A stretch of DNA of 64,000 nt from an uncultured virus (IMG/VR IMGVR_UViG_3300030060_005326) (IMGVR_UViG_3300030060_005326); one strand, 5' to 3'; positions 29,801 through 36,825 are shown, numbered from the stretch's first letter. Notes: generated from the letters alone by a model not told the origin. Program-made: numbers and translations.

Positions 29801-30036
29801 AAGGGTTCAGACAACTAGGATTAACACCGAAGCAAATCCGAGATGACGCTAAGAGCAGAGGCGTAAGTCTAGAAAGACTCGATCAGAATAAGGGAGGGTT
29901 TATGAACCGTCCTTTCCCAACACTTCCGTTGCAGGATAAGATGAAGAAAACCACTGACGGAAAACGGAGGCTGAATACTCTGAAGAAAGTCATCAATGAT
30001 AAATACCCAAGGAAGAAACTAACTATAGACCCATGA
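17836..30036 (+). CDS. giant (4,066 aa) polyvalent internal virion/ejection protein
   Basis: Gly/Ala-rich hydrophobic N-terminal region with EAAEEGIDE motif; zincin HEYIH (22975-22989); ART-like GLGLYFT...GYDGV; HhH-GPD-like VTIDTHAV; helical C-terminal region. Confidence 0.8.
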   Translation: MSDPSETITTPQFKGTPYSVWSSQNVFEDPIESYSKYYDNLRLEYIAAGKYDENTEKSFQFNFRNILTEKELVNEENQEDVIAKLESPFKRNPVEEALFIRDAVTKEDGSINESVEDLMEFDEGELQQVVNYADALQTGGDIPEGIDVEKVDEIVREKKENYLKGLHRQNELSAGIYYTKEGQRRFIGGTLREGQTEADALKEGEKFGVKPTDVFSFRAYRKPLDATSKLKAFEVEQRQQVEQEVSVFLDKQDTLFSREIETYFHALARVYGSKKTWGVGDKTWDNVGEAANWFGRSVNYYWQNAFGNEDAKREVGKDLYYADIQEDFESDIEIAREELLAKLSEKTGLSVEKNGVLDDVINDMVIKLAAYGDGGNFKPTLNYSEDIEDMVQNVSKTKYSGAIVQEELNAKPELFRLALEKAGASAKEIEIADAKRQIQNETLFSSYSDTLMQDDKYSDNWQNALISGKQEGISNNEVLERFVKRYDPSTNWNGMWQSVGHGFSDVAFGVGNLLGYEWGKEGLLENAKNKAHLQQMRTIFGQDYTFGQKALEQVAPLIIDGVIAVGGALLTPFSAGGSALAAGGYFAAKQSATTTARVLLKGLFTSTLKAKAKKDASGKVITETSEEIAKRIQKAGTLKGLTEGQLVNAAKAYNKKLASVLDIKTPLFVSAATRSGSMNYAPIYTTVYDELERKHKDAEGEWTNGYSEERAKQEAHEAGYTGMLSAGAFTGILTVAFGSIGDFATRGTKLGTRLKALGGLENAYLKGMSFKGIKRVGDRLAGQVSSNETFAKMVKNLVSDTIKSAAGGGGLNLLLSAVGEAAEEGIDEFAQSLIQSAITGEEVSFRSRVEGALQGAAMGAFLGGASPAIGQVTRNVLPSVFEDKAAMLETEVAMTQRFVKEATATPELAADFEKLKEVAPQVASEFERIINENTPSGSDDTAREEEEDEEAPATDPVKLEEEARALEDKIAQGAASEERGSENATQQEEADAGKSSRVNPRVDASPAVNTVVEGDLNPSDAKQSVTSNIPSDRAPLTPDQEFKASVAEINRRFQLWKTKTKALKEMPSELSEQRDLLEKEIAQEVLRGDILDPNAHAVALRDAREYRSEQIKEANKPIELTEEDKETLKEFINKGFPVHLIADQLQQLGLDLSRTDTAYLNAATRYLKKQIREIYPTLKAQSGGVKLPRSLDPEGTVQLDEFGNGVFNNDPSGMATLLLNNISVELTQEQVESPAFNQAFRHEEKDGRYFLTDVMIPVRGGLISVKTAPTEVPVHETDYSQIKEKIQRVNVLKETTTVPDGNEIRVESPIPARDGKRRLVGFKTLLKEATDLTLLKKFIVDTAEGSLDKDYVDAAAISMSLDLQEAIYNYIDAVENGTDLPQLGFERSARRSVKFFREMQGNRKAQAIRNLASVIDPESNIHRRPDLFDAEEQAEDLVLHASATSIPPISESKLKAFLDVQFANIAAALDADENLKRAVKDLLNKKVHKGRKITKRYNSMDTAVELVHYLASKAGSDQTAAELELRLRVGTLEAPAFKLGKEVKEALTLLGVTSPALTRRMENDPELYALIEMQLQELSGSTQSLTFGDVKTFYTQLRKGAALYKKRALKDGKSMDQNAKENREQLEGLGLVDGDPESVIAALENILKKGPKQLRILAKLLLNNKDYIRSIDFVIDESHMNFAGGQLINIFGDHSVIINIARSHARGVQDTLVHEYIHAFTRDILTKPAEARTESQNEAVRTLELLMDIAKTEAVKQDRGEFSEATSDVVEFLAYFLTDPEFQKFVTSIVPESEGDFNLFQWIIKTVSKLLGKENQPTFEDAMEGALSLLNRTGVPNPVSKSGYTGQVARSINQSQKELFEISESLGMKERAEIDEKLQQRAAEVVEFAASYIPRELNITIDTESDALAELDSETGMIALNPKRIAAKLATMGANDTDPQRRKHILAVILNKAMGEAAADAMTTDQQYAAVTSAMTETEFVREVLETYPVDEQEAIFAILRGEGGPEAQAAEQFKLTKKAMARHAEMATRGMSSAEQIAFLQLNPNLLTTFAQYLKAYLSKMFYHRSMKDVSPEMRKAVNNMVIEIRAMELGYRPAPSVMTHNPRNPYAVVEQLMQQAVNTNRFVPEESMLDFPDDPENGFYKGYAYGTESPDLESAENSNSSRNRGLGLGLYFTKSQMTSSGRVEGVKYEVPTDRTTSEGNTPEYVYTADIRLQNPLVVDSLFGGAKSTELNTMLLKGIADRYGLTPKEYTAFKAAMDQDGFSDQNFIKLPNELISSIRNLDKNASYYGKITQFIEIVNKFSEADPNKPATGADPTDSMLRLFSEITGYDGVYSRREQMLAVWDKSAVTLKSRTRSQGGSMQTERIASEPPIVLRKADDNELFDLGFRDDLRVGTAKLGTDAVPKETPQNSNIGGVLAEGNDDPKALEYLRTKTIPKQIAQITKALKASSPNGRYIVPKEFTRARNPEKKLQILKDFLADNLVALHNAVDPAIRERSKRWYQGANRIANGLADKYNVTTQQVAGVMATLSPQKDWFLNLAQAEQTLEVFSNYQEYVMGNEEFSKVVEEAVALAKATDTNKKGKTKAQKDKLDEEARNQRAEMIAPLSGKSLAEIIEEGNPDLMGWAIRLISETEFGKGVTNVTPEGEPNGPYMKDDGSPVLNGWGSAGESFRAVSILLDGSAKNISERLGKYHKVRNFYNNIATPFSNEGDVTIDTHAVAAAFLMPYAQKAVPVSHNFGGASSTEKFGMQGTYHIYADAYRQAANTLGIPPYQLQSITWEAIREIYPANSRKNLKYVAERETIFKENDPEAARNEILGRAIPKPLWFGTPDSGLLDRAETLIGSEVQKEAIARRGLLFSGRRSPDGGGVTELGVPPIPIEAPVVNRKTSDDEDIQSQFGQDSRLPESLDPVLMAEQEIGNWLELLDVPLFELGEYEFENKGAIKKFLYKTFVRRADKRVVEFHDINQGFTREARVIVSKFQEEADRVIAEEDKRLSKVTGREEGNIPAILVSRASGATEGTQLTDEQQDLVQDEYQEDVRAARRTKKLEDETGVQYTERVSGLYELAKAKKQERITELREQNRAEQLADRDKALSDLLTLSPKMYGVVLKLRQIQDQLSKKAVEVFGPSMDSTDLNLFFDFNRGIYMTRRYRMFEDVTFAKDVKESDEYADVREQAITYFAKKLSEEHIDEKMEETGMSYRQARQALEEEAVAKDSRFRSDATVMVGEFIDAYSKADTKKRFQIQQREAGQQEVILKDAGFPPNSPLQKIVNDINDKQNIPEPIRQLLGEYGQEEGISNLAYTLSHTASMVSNQAFFNKLKRLGTKNKDKDGKDAPWMVTAAVRDANPQDYPNWVQIEAEGNADVNPVNGMYVPKEVESNLRDLFGNKKDDPLDPFNQRAQVAGYVKDAARWATGMTLALRTLGGIGFYMRNVLGNGLFFGPMQGYYGGIPLMFKEGTGTFFQGGQAAVNKVFGTEYNAEFGKDSLIVKAFKGSREDIDFALVELKSRNVFGDELEVTDIQDLLTGNTKYSDLMKKLKQTGLASNWLQSIKQKTGSVKVPDQYIPLFKEIGIPLGKAGMLPIKGLKKAHDLMLKTGGRVASAADGYFKVGLYNFELETLIDAAKHDIENGNPQGRYGRLLDKNGEPTTAMKNKAADIVKDTAQAYSRAVPAIKQLTRNSISLALAPYVRFAADIPRVYANGVIRTAQEIKDPNPVIRRRGFRRAAGAITTTTISVGLTKGSQMLLFGLDDEEADKAIRSMIPVWMRDSGILFYKTDDGLYSIDLQYLNPFAIVQDPVVRSIEAIVRGKRIDKAILNDLIGLGGEDGIGKKGLIKPYFQEQILAGAVLDAIFKDQDQYDNELILKGESNVLLKKASYIYDRAFEPNTVKALDDSFDAFMSKDRSDDFFKRPIGRLLKEVLPIKPYKVDVNNGYRRFIRNHMEEYNANKSRFAMKMLSPNEMTYGDIQRAYDDFAHVQVYQNNEFYQILKGFRQLGLTPKQIRDDAKSRGVSLERLDQNKGGFMNRPFPTLPLQDKMKKTTDGKRRLNTLKKVINDKYPRKKLTIDP

Positions 30037-30254
30037 AGAAAGAAGATTTCAAACCACACGTAATGTATAACCCTAAGACGGGGGAAGGAACTAAAGCGTC
30101 AACATACAAACAACACCTAAAATTAAAAGAGATGGGATACGTACACAGCAAACCAGCGAAGAAGACAGCTAAGAAGACAGCTAAGAAGGCAGCTAAGAAG
30201 AAAAGCAAAACCTCTTATCAAGATGCCGTTAACAAAAGGATGTCAGACTACTAA
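30033..30254 (+). CDS. small basic protein with AKK repeats
   Basis: FKPHVMYNPKTG...HLKLKEMGYVH followed by AKKTAKKTAKKAAKKK; ATGA overlap. Confidence 0.7.
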   Translation: MKKEDFKPHVMYNPKTGEGTKASTYKQHLKLKEMGYVHSKPAKKTAKKTAKKAAKKKSKTSYQDAVNKRMSDY

Positions 30255-30331
30255 AGAGGTAGTTGATATGCGGAAGTATCTTCCTTGGATGAGGAAGGTG
30301 TGTCCTTTTCTGCTAGCCTTCCATCAACTCG

Positions 30332-30589
30332 ATGGACTCAGCAAAAAGAAAGGCATCTCGAAAGAGATACAGGAAATCAAAAGCACACTGGCGCTTATTG
30401 CAGAGAGGAAGTATTGAGGTGAAACCAGCAGCATCATTACTAGAAACCATGATAGTGGTTCTGGTTACGATGATGTTGAGCACCCTCTTAATACAGTCTG
30501 CCTTCTATGTTTACGAAGCATTCATAGAAATGAAAGCAATCGATTCTACCTCAGACTATTCTGGGGGCGTTAAGAAAGTGTTACGCTAA
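30332..30589 (+). CDS. membrane protein with prepilin-like N-terminal motif
   Basis: Basic leader then AASLLETMIVVLVTMMLS; stop overlaps convergent gene by 4 nt. Confidence 0.5.
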   Translation: MDSAKRKASRKRYRKSKAHWRLLQRGSIEVKPAASLLETMIVVLVTMMLSTLLIQSAFYVYEAFIEMKAIDSTSDYSGGVKKVLR

Positions 30590-31008
30590 AGTATCTTCTC
30601 TTTAATTGACTCAGCGAAAGTATCTTTCAAAGCATTGTAGTCTTCTTCGGAGCAGCTAGTTTTTTCTGTTAAAGAATATGGTTGCCTGTTTGCTTCTCGC
30701 TCTTGCTTCAACATAGCCTTCGCCAGTATTGCGTAGTTGATGATGTCCTCACAAGCATCATCGACTGTCTCCCCTTTCACTGATAGTTGCCCATCGTTCG
30801 TGAAGGTCTTGATCCGTTGGATCTTATCCATCACACGCATCAGGATTCCCGTTACAGGATGCACCCCAAGGATGGTAGCAGAACGAAAGTTAGCAAAGGG
30901 ATCATCAGACCCCTTGCCCCCAGTATAATCATTATTCTTTACCTCCATTATCTTGCGACATTTATTTGTGGTCTCGTCGTGGAGTTCTAATAGTTCGGTT
31001 ACATTCAT
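30586..31008 (-). CDS. nucleotide-modification-associated / all-alpha NTP pyrophosphatase-like protein (DUF1599-like)
   Basis: KNNDY...DPFANF...RVMDKIQRI...DACEDIINYA pattern. Confidence 0.7.
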   Translation of the reverse strand: MNVTELLELHDETTNKCRKIMEVKNNDYTGGKGSDDPFANFRSATILGVHPVTGILMRVMDKIQRIKTFTNDGQLSVKGETVDDACEDIINYAILAKAMLKQEREANRQPYSLTEKTSCSEEDYNALKDTFAESIKEKIL

Positions 31009-31065
31009 AATTCGTATTTGATTAAAGTTAGCAGCAAGACGAACAAAGCTATTAGTAAAAATACA

Positions 31066-31350
31066 CTAGCTTGAATCTCTCGGTCGTTGATTAGGTCTGT
31101 CATCTTGGGTTTCTCTGAATAGTTTTGTCAGACTTACGGCAGCTCTCAACCTCAGTTTATCTTCTTGTCCTGACGAAGTAGGGCTAGTTATTTCAGGACC
31201 TATTCTCTGCTGCCCTTTGTAATTCTTCCATAAGGTATACACCTTCACTGTCTCTGGACACACGTAGTCATTGTCAATTATCTCTCCTTGAAAAAGGAAC
31301 TTTATATAGTCTGGCTGATTAGTTTCTACTACTTGTCTGATTAGATTCAT
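31066..31350 (-). CDS. hypothetical protein
   Basis: Likely start MNLIRQ at 31350 (ATGA overlap with upstream stop). Confidence 0.6.
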   Translation of the reverse strand: MNLIRQVVETNQPDYIKFLFQGEIIDNDYVCPETVKVYTLWKNYKGQQRIGPEITSPTSSGQEDKLRLRAAVSLTKLFRETQDDRPNQRPRDSS

Positions 31351-31625
31351 CTGAATGCCCCCGCCGTTACGTTGTGTGTCACCTCTTCGATCTCTCGGTA
31401 GAGTTCTTCTGAAGTGGATTCCCCTAGTGCCATCACAGATTTGATAAAGAGATCTAAGTGCTTTGGCTGATGTGCTCGAACACATCTGATACTGGCGGAA
31501 GGGGCGAAAGCAATGATGCTCCACCCAGATGGGTTGTTATCTGAATCGTCGGGCCTAGCTTTGATAGCTATCTTGGACCCATTCAAAGTCAGGATTTCTG
31601 CGGTTGTGTTAGTAGGTTCTCTCAT
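31347..31625 (-). CDS. hypothetical protein
   Basis: 92 aa; overlaps helicase end. Confidence 0.6.
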   Translation of the reverse strand: MREPTNTTAEILTLNGSKIAIKARPDDSDNNPSGWSIIAFAPSASIRCVRAHQPKHLDLFIKSVMALGESTSEELYREIEEVTHNVTAGAFR

Positions 31626-33045
31626 TTACGTAATAGGATGAGTTCATCTCACAGATTTGTGAGTGATGTATCATGTTCATGTTGTCCATTTTTCTGGATA
31701 TAGCTTTCATCACATACTCCTCAATGGAACCAGAGGAGAGCATGATCTTTTGAAGTGCATCAGACTTAGCACCATTACGGTGGATACGTCCTAACACTTG
31801 GCTGAATTCTTTAGCGTTGAAGCTAGGGCTAATGAGTGACAGACGGGGTCTGTTTCCATGTGTGTCATGTAGAGAGATACCCGTTCCTCCTGTAGCTGCA
31901 TTGATTACAAGACAGTTAATCTCGTCCGCTTGGAACCTCTCGATGATATCATTCCTATCCCTTTGAGGGACAGTGCCGTCGATAAACTCACACCCGATAC
32001 CCCTGCTCTTCAGCATTTCCGTTGCTGCATCCAGACTCTTCTTGAAGTTCAGGAATACAACCACGTTATATCCTTCGTCGTGTGCGTCCTCCGCCATGGT
32101 TACAATGTCCTTCACCTTATACTCTTCAGTCTCCATCCGTGCGTTTAAGATTCTGGTGATGATAGGAATCTCCTCCTCATCTTCCCCCATGTAATCCGTG
32201 TAATCTGTAGGAGCTATCCCCTTCTCAATATAATCACGGACCTGAGAAGCAGTGAGCTTCAGCTTGTCGTAGCTCTTGATGATCTGCTTGTTGTTGCTGA
32301 ACTCAATGGGGTCCACGATTACACGGTTCGCTCTGAAGGATTCAGGAAAGTCTTCGACTGTTAACCCATGGGTGTTGATGCCATACATAGCTTTGCGTAG
32401 TTGAGTAAGAGCAAAGGGAACATCCCTCATCTCATACCCACCATGGAACCCCGCCTTAACTCTGTGTTTGATGAGCCACCTGAACCAACTGTTCTTTCCG
32501 TTGCGGCACTTGTCATTGCTATGCAGTCCAAGCATATATCCAAGAGGTCTCATCTCGATAGGGTTCTCACAAGGAGTTCCACTCATGCCGTGTATCTTGT
32601 AACCGAACCGTGTTGCTGCAATAAGTAGGTTAGCATTCTGGGTCCAAGGACCTTTGGCCTTATGGATTTCGTCAAAGAGAATCAGTGTGCCTTCAGGTAG
32701 CAACCACTTGAAAGTCTTCTTTCCATACTTACTCACATATCCAGTCTTGCCTGTTCTCAACTTCTCAAGGTTCAGGATGAAGATGGGATCGACTCCACAC
32801 TCTTTCAGCTCCGCTTCCCAAGAAGGAAAGACTGCCTTCGGACAAATCACTGCGACTCCAGTAATCTCTCCTAAATCTAAAAGAGTCTTAGCTAGCCGTG
32901 CCCCAACAACTGTCTTGCCTGTTCCCATCTGGGATGAGTCCAGAGAGTTGCCCCCATTGATGAGACGTTGAACGAAGAAGTCGTGCGCTATCTCTTGTTT
33001 AGGAAATAACTTTTTCATCGTCCTAACTGTGAAGCTGCTGCCCAA
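31609..33045 (-). CDS. SF2 (SNF2-like) DNA helicase
   Basis: MGTGKT, LFDEIH, MSGTP, GGTGISL, QVLGRIHRNG; true start may be MKKLFP at 33018. Confidence 0.9.
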   Translation of the reverse strand: MGSSFTVRTMKKLFPKQEIAHDFFVQRLINGGNSLDSSQMGTGKTVVGARLAKTLLDLGEITGVAVICPKAVFPSWEAELKECGVDPIFILNLEKLRTGKTGYVSKYGKKTFKWLLPEGTLILFDEIHKAKGPWTQNANLLIAATRFGYKIHGMSGTPCENPIEMRPLGYMLGLHSNDKCRNGKNSWFRWLIKHRVKAGFHGGYEMRDVPFALTQLRKAMYGINTHGLTVEDFPESFRANRVIVDPIEFSNNKQIIKSYDKLKLTASQVRDYIEKGIAPTDYTDYMGEDEEEIPIITRILNARMETEEYKVKDIVTMAEDAHDEGYNVVVFLNFKKSLDAATEMLKSRGIGCEFIDGTVPQRDRNDIIERFQADEINCLVINAATGGTGISLHDTHGNRPRLSLISPSFNAKEFSQVLGRIHRNGAKSDALQKIMLSSGSIEEYVMKAISRKMDNMNMIHHSQICEMNSSYYVNERTY

Positions 33046-33278
33046 GTTTCAATAACTCCCAAAGACTCAGTAAGAGTATCGTTCCCGTCGAGGTAAACCC
33101 ACTCTCCTTCTGACTGCTCGAAGACACACCATCGTCCAGTGTTCCTCATTGAGGGAACAGGGCAGACTAACTTGTGTATCCTCTTGTTGTCTACTCGACT
33201 GCGATCCTCTACCCTGTAGTTATTGCTCTGGTCATCGAGCACTTCATACAATCCCTTCTCTAATTTTCTTACCAACAT
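33015..33278 (-). CDS. hypothetical protein
   Basis: 87 aa; in operon. Confidence 0.6.
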   Translation of the reverse strand: MLVRKLEKGLYEVLDDQSNNYRVEDRSRVDNKRIHKLVCPVPSMRNTGRWCVFEQSEGEWVYLDGNDTLTESLGVIETWAAASQLGR

Positions 33279-33280
33279 GA

Positions 33281-33673
33281 TTACAGATTCATGGTTCGGG
33301 ATTCATCTATCTCTCTATCGATAGCAAGGAGATCATCAACCGCTTTTAGGACTTCGGCTTTCAGCTTGTAGTCGATGTCAGAAATAGCGAGCTTCGCTTT
33401 GATTTCTCCTGCTGTCCAAGCAGGATCAGTTGCCATGACTCTAGCGTGAGTAGTTCGACGAACTCCTTTCGGAGCAACAGTGACGGTGTCAGGTTTGAAC
33501 TCAGGCTCAGGTGCTGCGTCTAGTTCTTCTATCAGGCTCGCCATGTCTTGTCGGTAGGCTGCCTTGTGCCGCTTCTTTCGGAGGGTAAACTCCAGAGCAG
33601 GATCGAGAGAAGCAATGTATTCTTCTCCGTTGATGGTCACCTCTCGGTGAACTGGCTTAGTTAGTTTTGTCAT
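33281..33673 (-). CDS. hypothetical protein
   Basis: 130 aa; first gene after promoter at 33745. Confidence 0.7.
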   Translation of the reverse strand: MTKLTKPVHREVTINGEEYIASLDPALEFTLRKKRHKAAYRQDMASLIEELDAAPEPEFKPDTVTVAPKGVRRTTHARVMATDPAWTAGEIKAKLAISDIDYKLKAEVLKAVDDLLAIDREIDESRTMNL

Positions 33674-33717
33674 ATTCAGTTATTTGGGTATTGGATATTT
33701 TGGTATTCAGTAAAGGC

Positions 33718-33745
33718 ATTATAAATTATTGACACAGTTAGTCAA
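33718..33745 (-). promoter_or_regulatory. sigma70-type promoter TTGACT-16-TATAAT
   Basis: Perfect -10 hexamer, near-consensus -35, in an AT-rich gap upstream of 33673. Confidence 0.75.
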
Positions 33746-33966
33746 GTCTTTGGTTCTATGGATTGCTGTAGTTGTTGTGGTGAAGTGCTCGGAAGTTGGA
33801 CACAAGCAGATCCGAATTGAAACATACTATTATCGATTAACTCTTCGTCATCACAGTGTATGCGAGAAGGGTTCTCTTTAGTCACAAAACCTCCACGCCA
33901 CTCAATGTGTTCCCAAGGGTTTGCGTAGCGTACGTCAGCAACAATTACTACGTGTTTAGTATCCAT
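33742..33966 (-). CDS. hypothetical protein
   Basis: Likely start MDTKHV at 33966, overlapping end of upstream gene. Confidence 0.5.
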   Translation of the reverse strand: MDTKHVVIVADVRYANPWEHIEWRGGFVTKENPSRIHCDDEELIDNSMFQFGSACVQLPSTSPQQLQQSIEPKT

Positions 33967-34309
33967 GGGGTAAATATGAGTGAGGGTTCTGTTGCATATC
34001 GTCGAGGTCCGTGAGATAGGGTTGTCCGTTCTTTCCTTTATCGTAGAAACAACGCTCACAAAATATAGCGTCCTCCCATTCGTGAATGTATCCTTCATCG
34101 AACCAAGAAGAAGCATCGGGGGATAGAACATTCTCTTTACCACAGCGGTGACACTCTTCTACTTCCCAATCCAAGTAGTCTTCTTCATCTTCTTGTTCTT
34201 CAAGTAACAGGTCGAATGGATTGTCATGTGGTTTACAACAAACGGCAAAGAAACGGAGCACTAGCACCATAGCTATGACCCAAGATAAGATTACCACTGC
34301 CCAAATCAT
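33956..34309 (-). CDS. membrane-anchored Zn-finger-like protein
   Basis: N-terminal TM segment, CHRC and CERC pairs. Confidence 0.6.
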   Translation of the reverse strand: MIWAVVILSWVIAMVLVLRFFAVCCKPHDNPFDLLLEEQEDEEDYLDWEVEECHRCGKENVLSPDASSWFDEGYIHEWEDAIFCERCFYDKGKNGQPYLTDLDDMQQNPHSYLPHGY

Positions 34310-34497
34310 TAGTCGTATGGGGATATATGTTTAAGGATGTCTTGCTTCAGCTCATCAAGACCCTCCGCAACGTCTTCCCGAAGTTCCTTTAGTCCTCTCT
34401 GCTCATGGGGGGAACGGTGCAGTGGTTGTTCAGCATCGAATAAAGCTAAGATGATGTCTCGGTAATCCGCCAGTATCTCTTCGATGTCCTCTCTCAT
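34309..34497 (-). CDS. hypothetical protein
   Basis: 62 aa; coupled stops and starts. Confidence 0.6.
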   Translation of the reverse strand: MREDIEEILADYRDIILALFDAEQPLHRSPHEQRGLKELREDVAEGLDELKQDILKHISPYD

Positions 34498-34667
34498 TTG
34501 TCGTATTGTTTTTGATATTCCTCGTCCTCATCCATAGCTTGTTGGGCTTCCAGTGCTCGTTCATCAAGCCACTCGTTGTATCCCTCCAGCTCTAGTTCCA
34601 ACTCGGTTTGGGTCCAGTTTGCGTAAGCTCGTTTGCCATCCGAAAGGCTAGCTTCAATATGATTCAT
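34494..34667 (-). CDS. hypothetical acidic protein
   Basis: Likely start MNHIEA at 34667 (ATGA overlap). Confidence 0.55.
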   Translation of the reverse strand: MNHIEASLSDGKRAYANWTQTELELELEGYNEWLDERALEAQQAMDEDEEYQKQYDK

Positions 34668-34870
34668 TTCCTCAAAGCTCCCTTCCGCATTGTAATTAAT
34701 ATCGCCTTGGCATCTGCTCTCGAAACATCGACGCATTTGAAATGAGCGTGAGCTACACGGATCGTTGCGAAGGCTTTACTCTTATCACGGTAGATCAACA
34801 GCCCGACATTCTCATTGTCGTATTGATTAGCGTGATCGTATCTTGTTGTTCGTATTGGTTCTGTATTCAT
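34664..34870 (-). CDS. hypothetical protein
   Basis: Likely start MNTEPI at 34870, just after a long hairpin. Confidence 0.55.
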   Translation of the reverse strand: MNTEPIRTTRYDHANQYDNENVGLLIYRDKSKAFATIRVAHAHFKCVDVSRADAKAILITMRKGALRK

Positions 34871-34951
34871 TTTTGAAAAGGGTGACTCTGCCCCAAGATG
34901 TCCTAACCCCACTGAAAGGACACCCCCTCCACGAGGCAGAGTCGAATTGGT

Positions 34952-35266
34952 TTATAGTTTGATGTCACGGAGGGGCTTGCCTGTCGCAGTTTTGTATTCT
35001 CTGCGTGGTCTGTTTACCCAATCAACTACACACCCAATCGGCGCTAGAATCATGGCAGGTAGGTAGGTCATCGCTAGGAAGTGCAGGAGGTTAAACTCGT
35101 GCCACAATACTTCGCTTCCTTTTATCTCATGCCACCCACTGATATTGGTGAGGGCTTGTTCCAGTCCTGAAAAATACCACATGATGGCGAAGAAGCTCAA
35201 CGCTGCTATGTGAGTCACAAGGACGATGGTGATGAAGTGTGTCAGGTATCTATTCATTGTATTCAT
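34952..35266 (-). CDS. membrane protein (2 TM)
   Basis: Two hydrophobic segments. Confidence 0.65.
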   Translation of the reverse strand: MNTMNRYLTHFITIVLVTHIAALSFFAIMWYFSGLEQALTNISGWHEIKGSEVLWHEFNLLHFLAMTYLPAMILAPIGCVVDWVNRPRREYKTATGKPLRDIKL

Positions 35267-35288
35267 ATTAGGTTATTATTCTATTCAG

Positions 35289-35501
35289 TTATTTCTTCTT
35301 TTCAAGTTCTTTATCTACAGCCATTGCCTGTATTACACTGGCGAGTTGGCTTCCGTGTTTCATTCCAAGTAGGTATAGTTCTTCCACACCCTTGAGGAGC
35401 TGCTCCTTCGTCCACAATCTTTTGGATACGTGCTTCAAGATATGTTGCTCCAGTTCATCAAGCTCTTCTGCTTGTCGTTCGGTTAATGGTTTAGGGGACA
35501 T
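35289..35501 (-). CDS. hypothetical protein
   Basis: 70 aa; ELYLLG resembles LVYQLG in neighbour 35512..35706 (possible paralogues). Confidence 0.6.
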   Translation of the reverse strand: MSPKPLTERQAEELDELEQHILKHVSKRLWTKEQLLKGVEELYLLGMKHGSQLASVIQAMAVDKELEKKK

Positions 35502-35511
35502 GGTTCAGGGT

Positions 35512-35706
35512 TCAGGTTGTTGGTCCATTGTTCTTCCTCCACTGATGGAGTTTACCTAGCTGATAGACGAGAGAGATCTCATCCTCGAACCATTGTCGTT
35601 TCTCTGCCATCTCTTCTTCCGTCCAGTGTCTTCTGTTGAAAGGAATCTTCGAGACTATCTCTTTGATCATGTCTGTCCTTTGTTGATGTTGTTCTGCTAT
35701 GTTCAT
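35512..35706 (-). CDS. hypothetical protein
   Basis: 64 aa; ATGA overlap. Confidence 0.6.
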   Translation of the reverse strand: MNIAEQHQQRTDMIKEIVSKIPFNRRHWTEEEMAEKRQWFEDEISLVYQLGKLHQWRKNNGPTT

Positions 35707-36023
35707 TGTTCTTCAGGTGGAGGGGACGGGGCAACAACTTGCCCAATTAATTCACCTTTGGGCAGAGATGAATCTGCAATCCCCAGTTGTTCTTTGATGT
35801 CCTCGTGGGCTTCGGTGATGTAGTCCGAGATAAGTCCTAGGTCGTAATCGTCGGGGGTTCCAAGGAACTCTCTGACGATTGGTTCTACTTGTGTCGGACT
35901 CACTTGGACTCCTTTGACCTCTGCTCGGAGGGCTACCGCCCAACAGGTGAGTGTTATTAGATTTACTTTCTGCGGTTTCCCATGGAAATCACAGACTTGG
36001 ACTGTCGTGGTTGGTGTAATCAT
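35703..36023 (-). CDS. hypothetical protein
   Basis: 106 aa; ATGA overlaps. Confidence 0.65.
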   Translation of the reverse strand: MITPTTTVQVCDFHGKPQKVNLITLTCWAVALRAEVKGVQVSPTQVEPIVREFLGTPDDYDLGLISDYITEAHEDIKEQLGIADSSLPKGELIGQVVAPSPPPEEQ

Positions 36024-36814
36024 GTTGTTGATACGATGTGGGTTTCGTTAATGGTGAGTCCCTCGGATTTAGCCCATGGGAATGCGGTGTAATTCCTCAA
36101 CATTTCGGCTGGGATATTAGCGACTGTCATTTCGTCGAGCCACTTCTCGTCCCTCTGTTGGATCGCCTTGAATGTAAGGGATAGGAACTTGTCGATGACG
36201 AAGTAGCATAGATCGTCTTGCTCTTTCTTCACACGATCCCATCGCTCATCTTCTGTTCGTTCGTCCTGCCATTCGTTGGGGAGCTTTAGTGTTTTGAAAC
36301 TCACCACTCCTGCACATTTCGCAATGATCTCGAAGACTCCCTCGTCAGGTTCATGTGTCTGGAACTGCACCAAGTTGGCGTGGTTGGTTCGCATTGTGTT
36401 GATGAATACAGCTCGTAATTCTGCACGATCTGCTGCGTGGTAATTCAGGCAATGAAGGAGTGACTTCAGATTGTCGTAAGAGAACCATGTAACGTGCTCT
36501 CCTCCACCGAATGCGTATCCATGAAAGAATCTGTTCGGGTATTTCTTCCGCTGATAATAAGCCCACTTGAACCAATCAGGGTTGTCATCTTCTGTGACGG
36601 CGCTGTAATATGGTTCGGGGCGCATTCCCCTCTGGTCGTTATACCATCTCATCTTGGACCTGAGCGCATACCATTCTTTGCGTTCGGGGTCATATGATTC
36701 TGCCCATTCTCCTGTCGCCCTGATCTCTGAGATTTGGGATCGGTGCGGTGAGTCGATCTCGATTGAGGACCAACCCTCTTGTGTCTGGTGCTTTCTCCAA
36801 ATTCCGTAGCTCAT
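36020..36814 (-). CDS. hypothetical early protein
   Basis: 264 aa; aromatic-rich. Confidence 0.7.
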   Translation of the reverse strand: MSYGIWRKHQTQEGWSSIEIDSPHRSQISEIRATGEWAESYDPERKEWYALRSKMRWYNDQRGMRPEPYYSAVTEDDNPDWFKWAYYQRKKYPNRFFHGYAFGGGEHVTWFSYDNLKSLLHCLNYHAADRAELRAVFINTMRTNHANLVQFQTHEPDEGVFEIIAKCAGVVSFKTLKLPNEWQDERTEDERWDRVKKEQDDLCYFVIDKFLSLTFKAIQQRDEKWLDEMTVANIPAEMLRNYTAFPWAKSEGLTINETHIVSTT

Positions 36815-36825
36815 TTTTCTGTAGG

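Noticed and set aside
17836..30036. Virion RNA polymerase (N4- or crAss-like) given the size
   Set aside because: I could not find DxDGD/DFDID or T7-type polymerase motifs; domain content fits a polyvalent protein instead (a structure search would be decisive)
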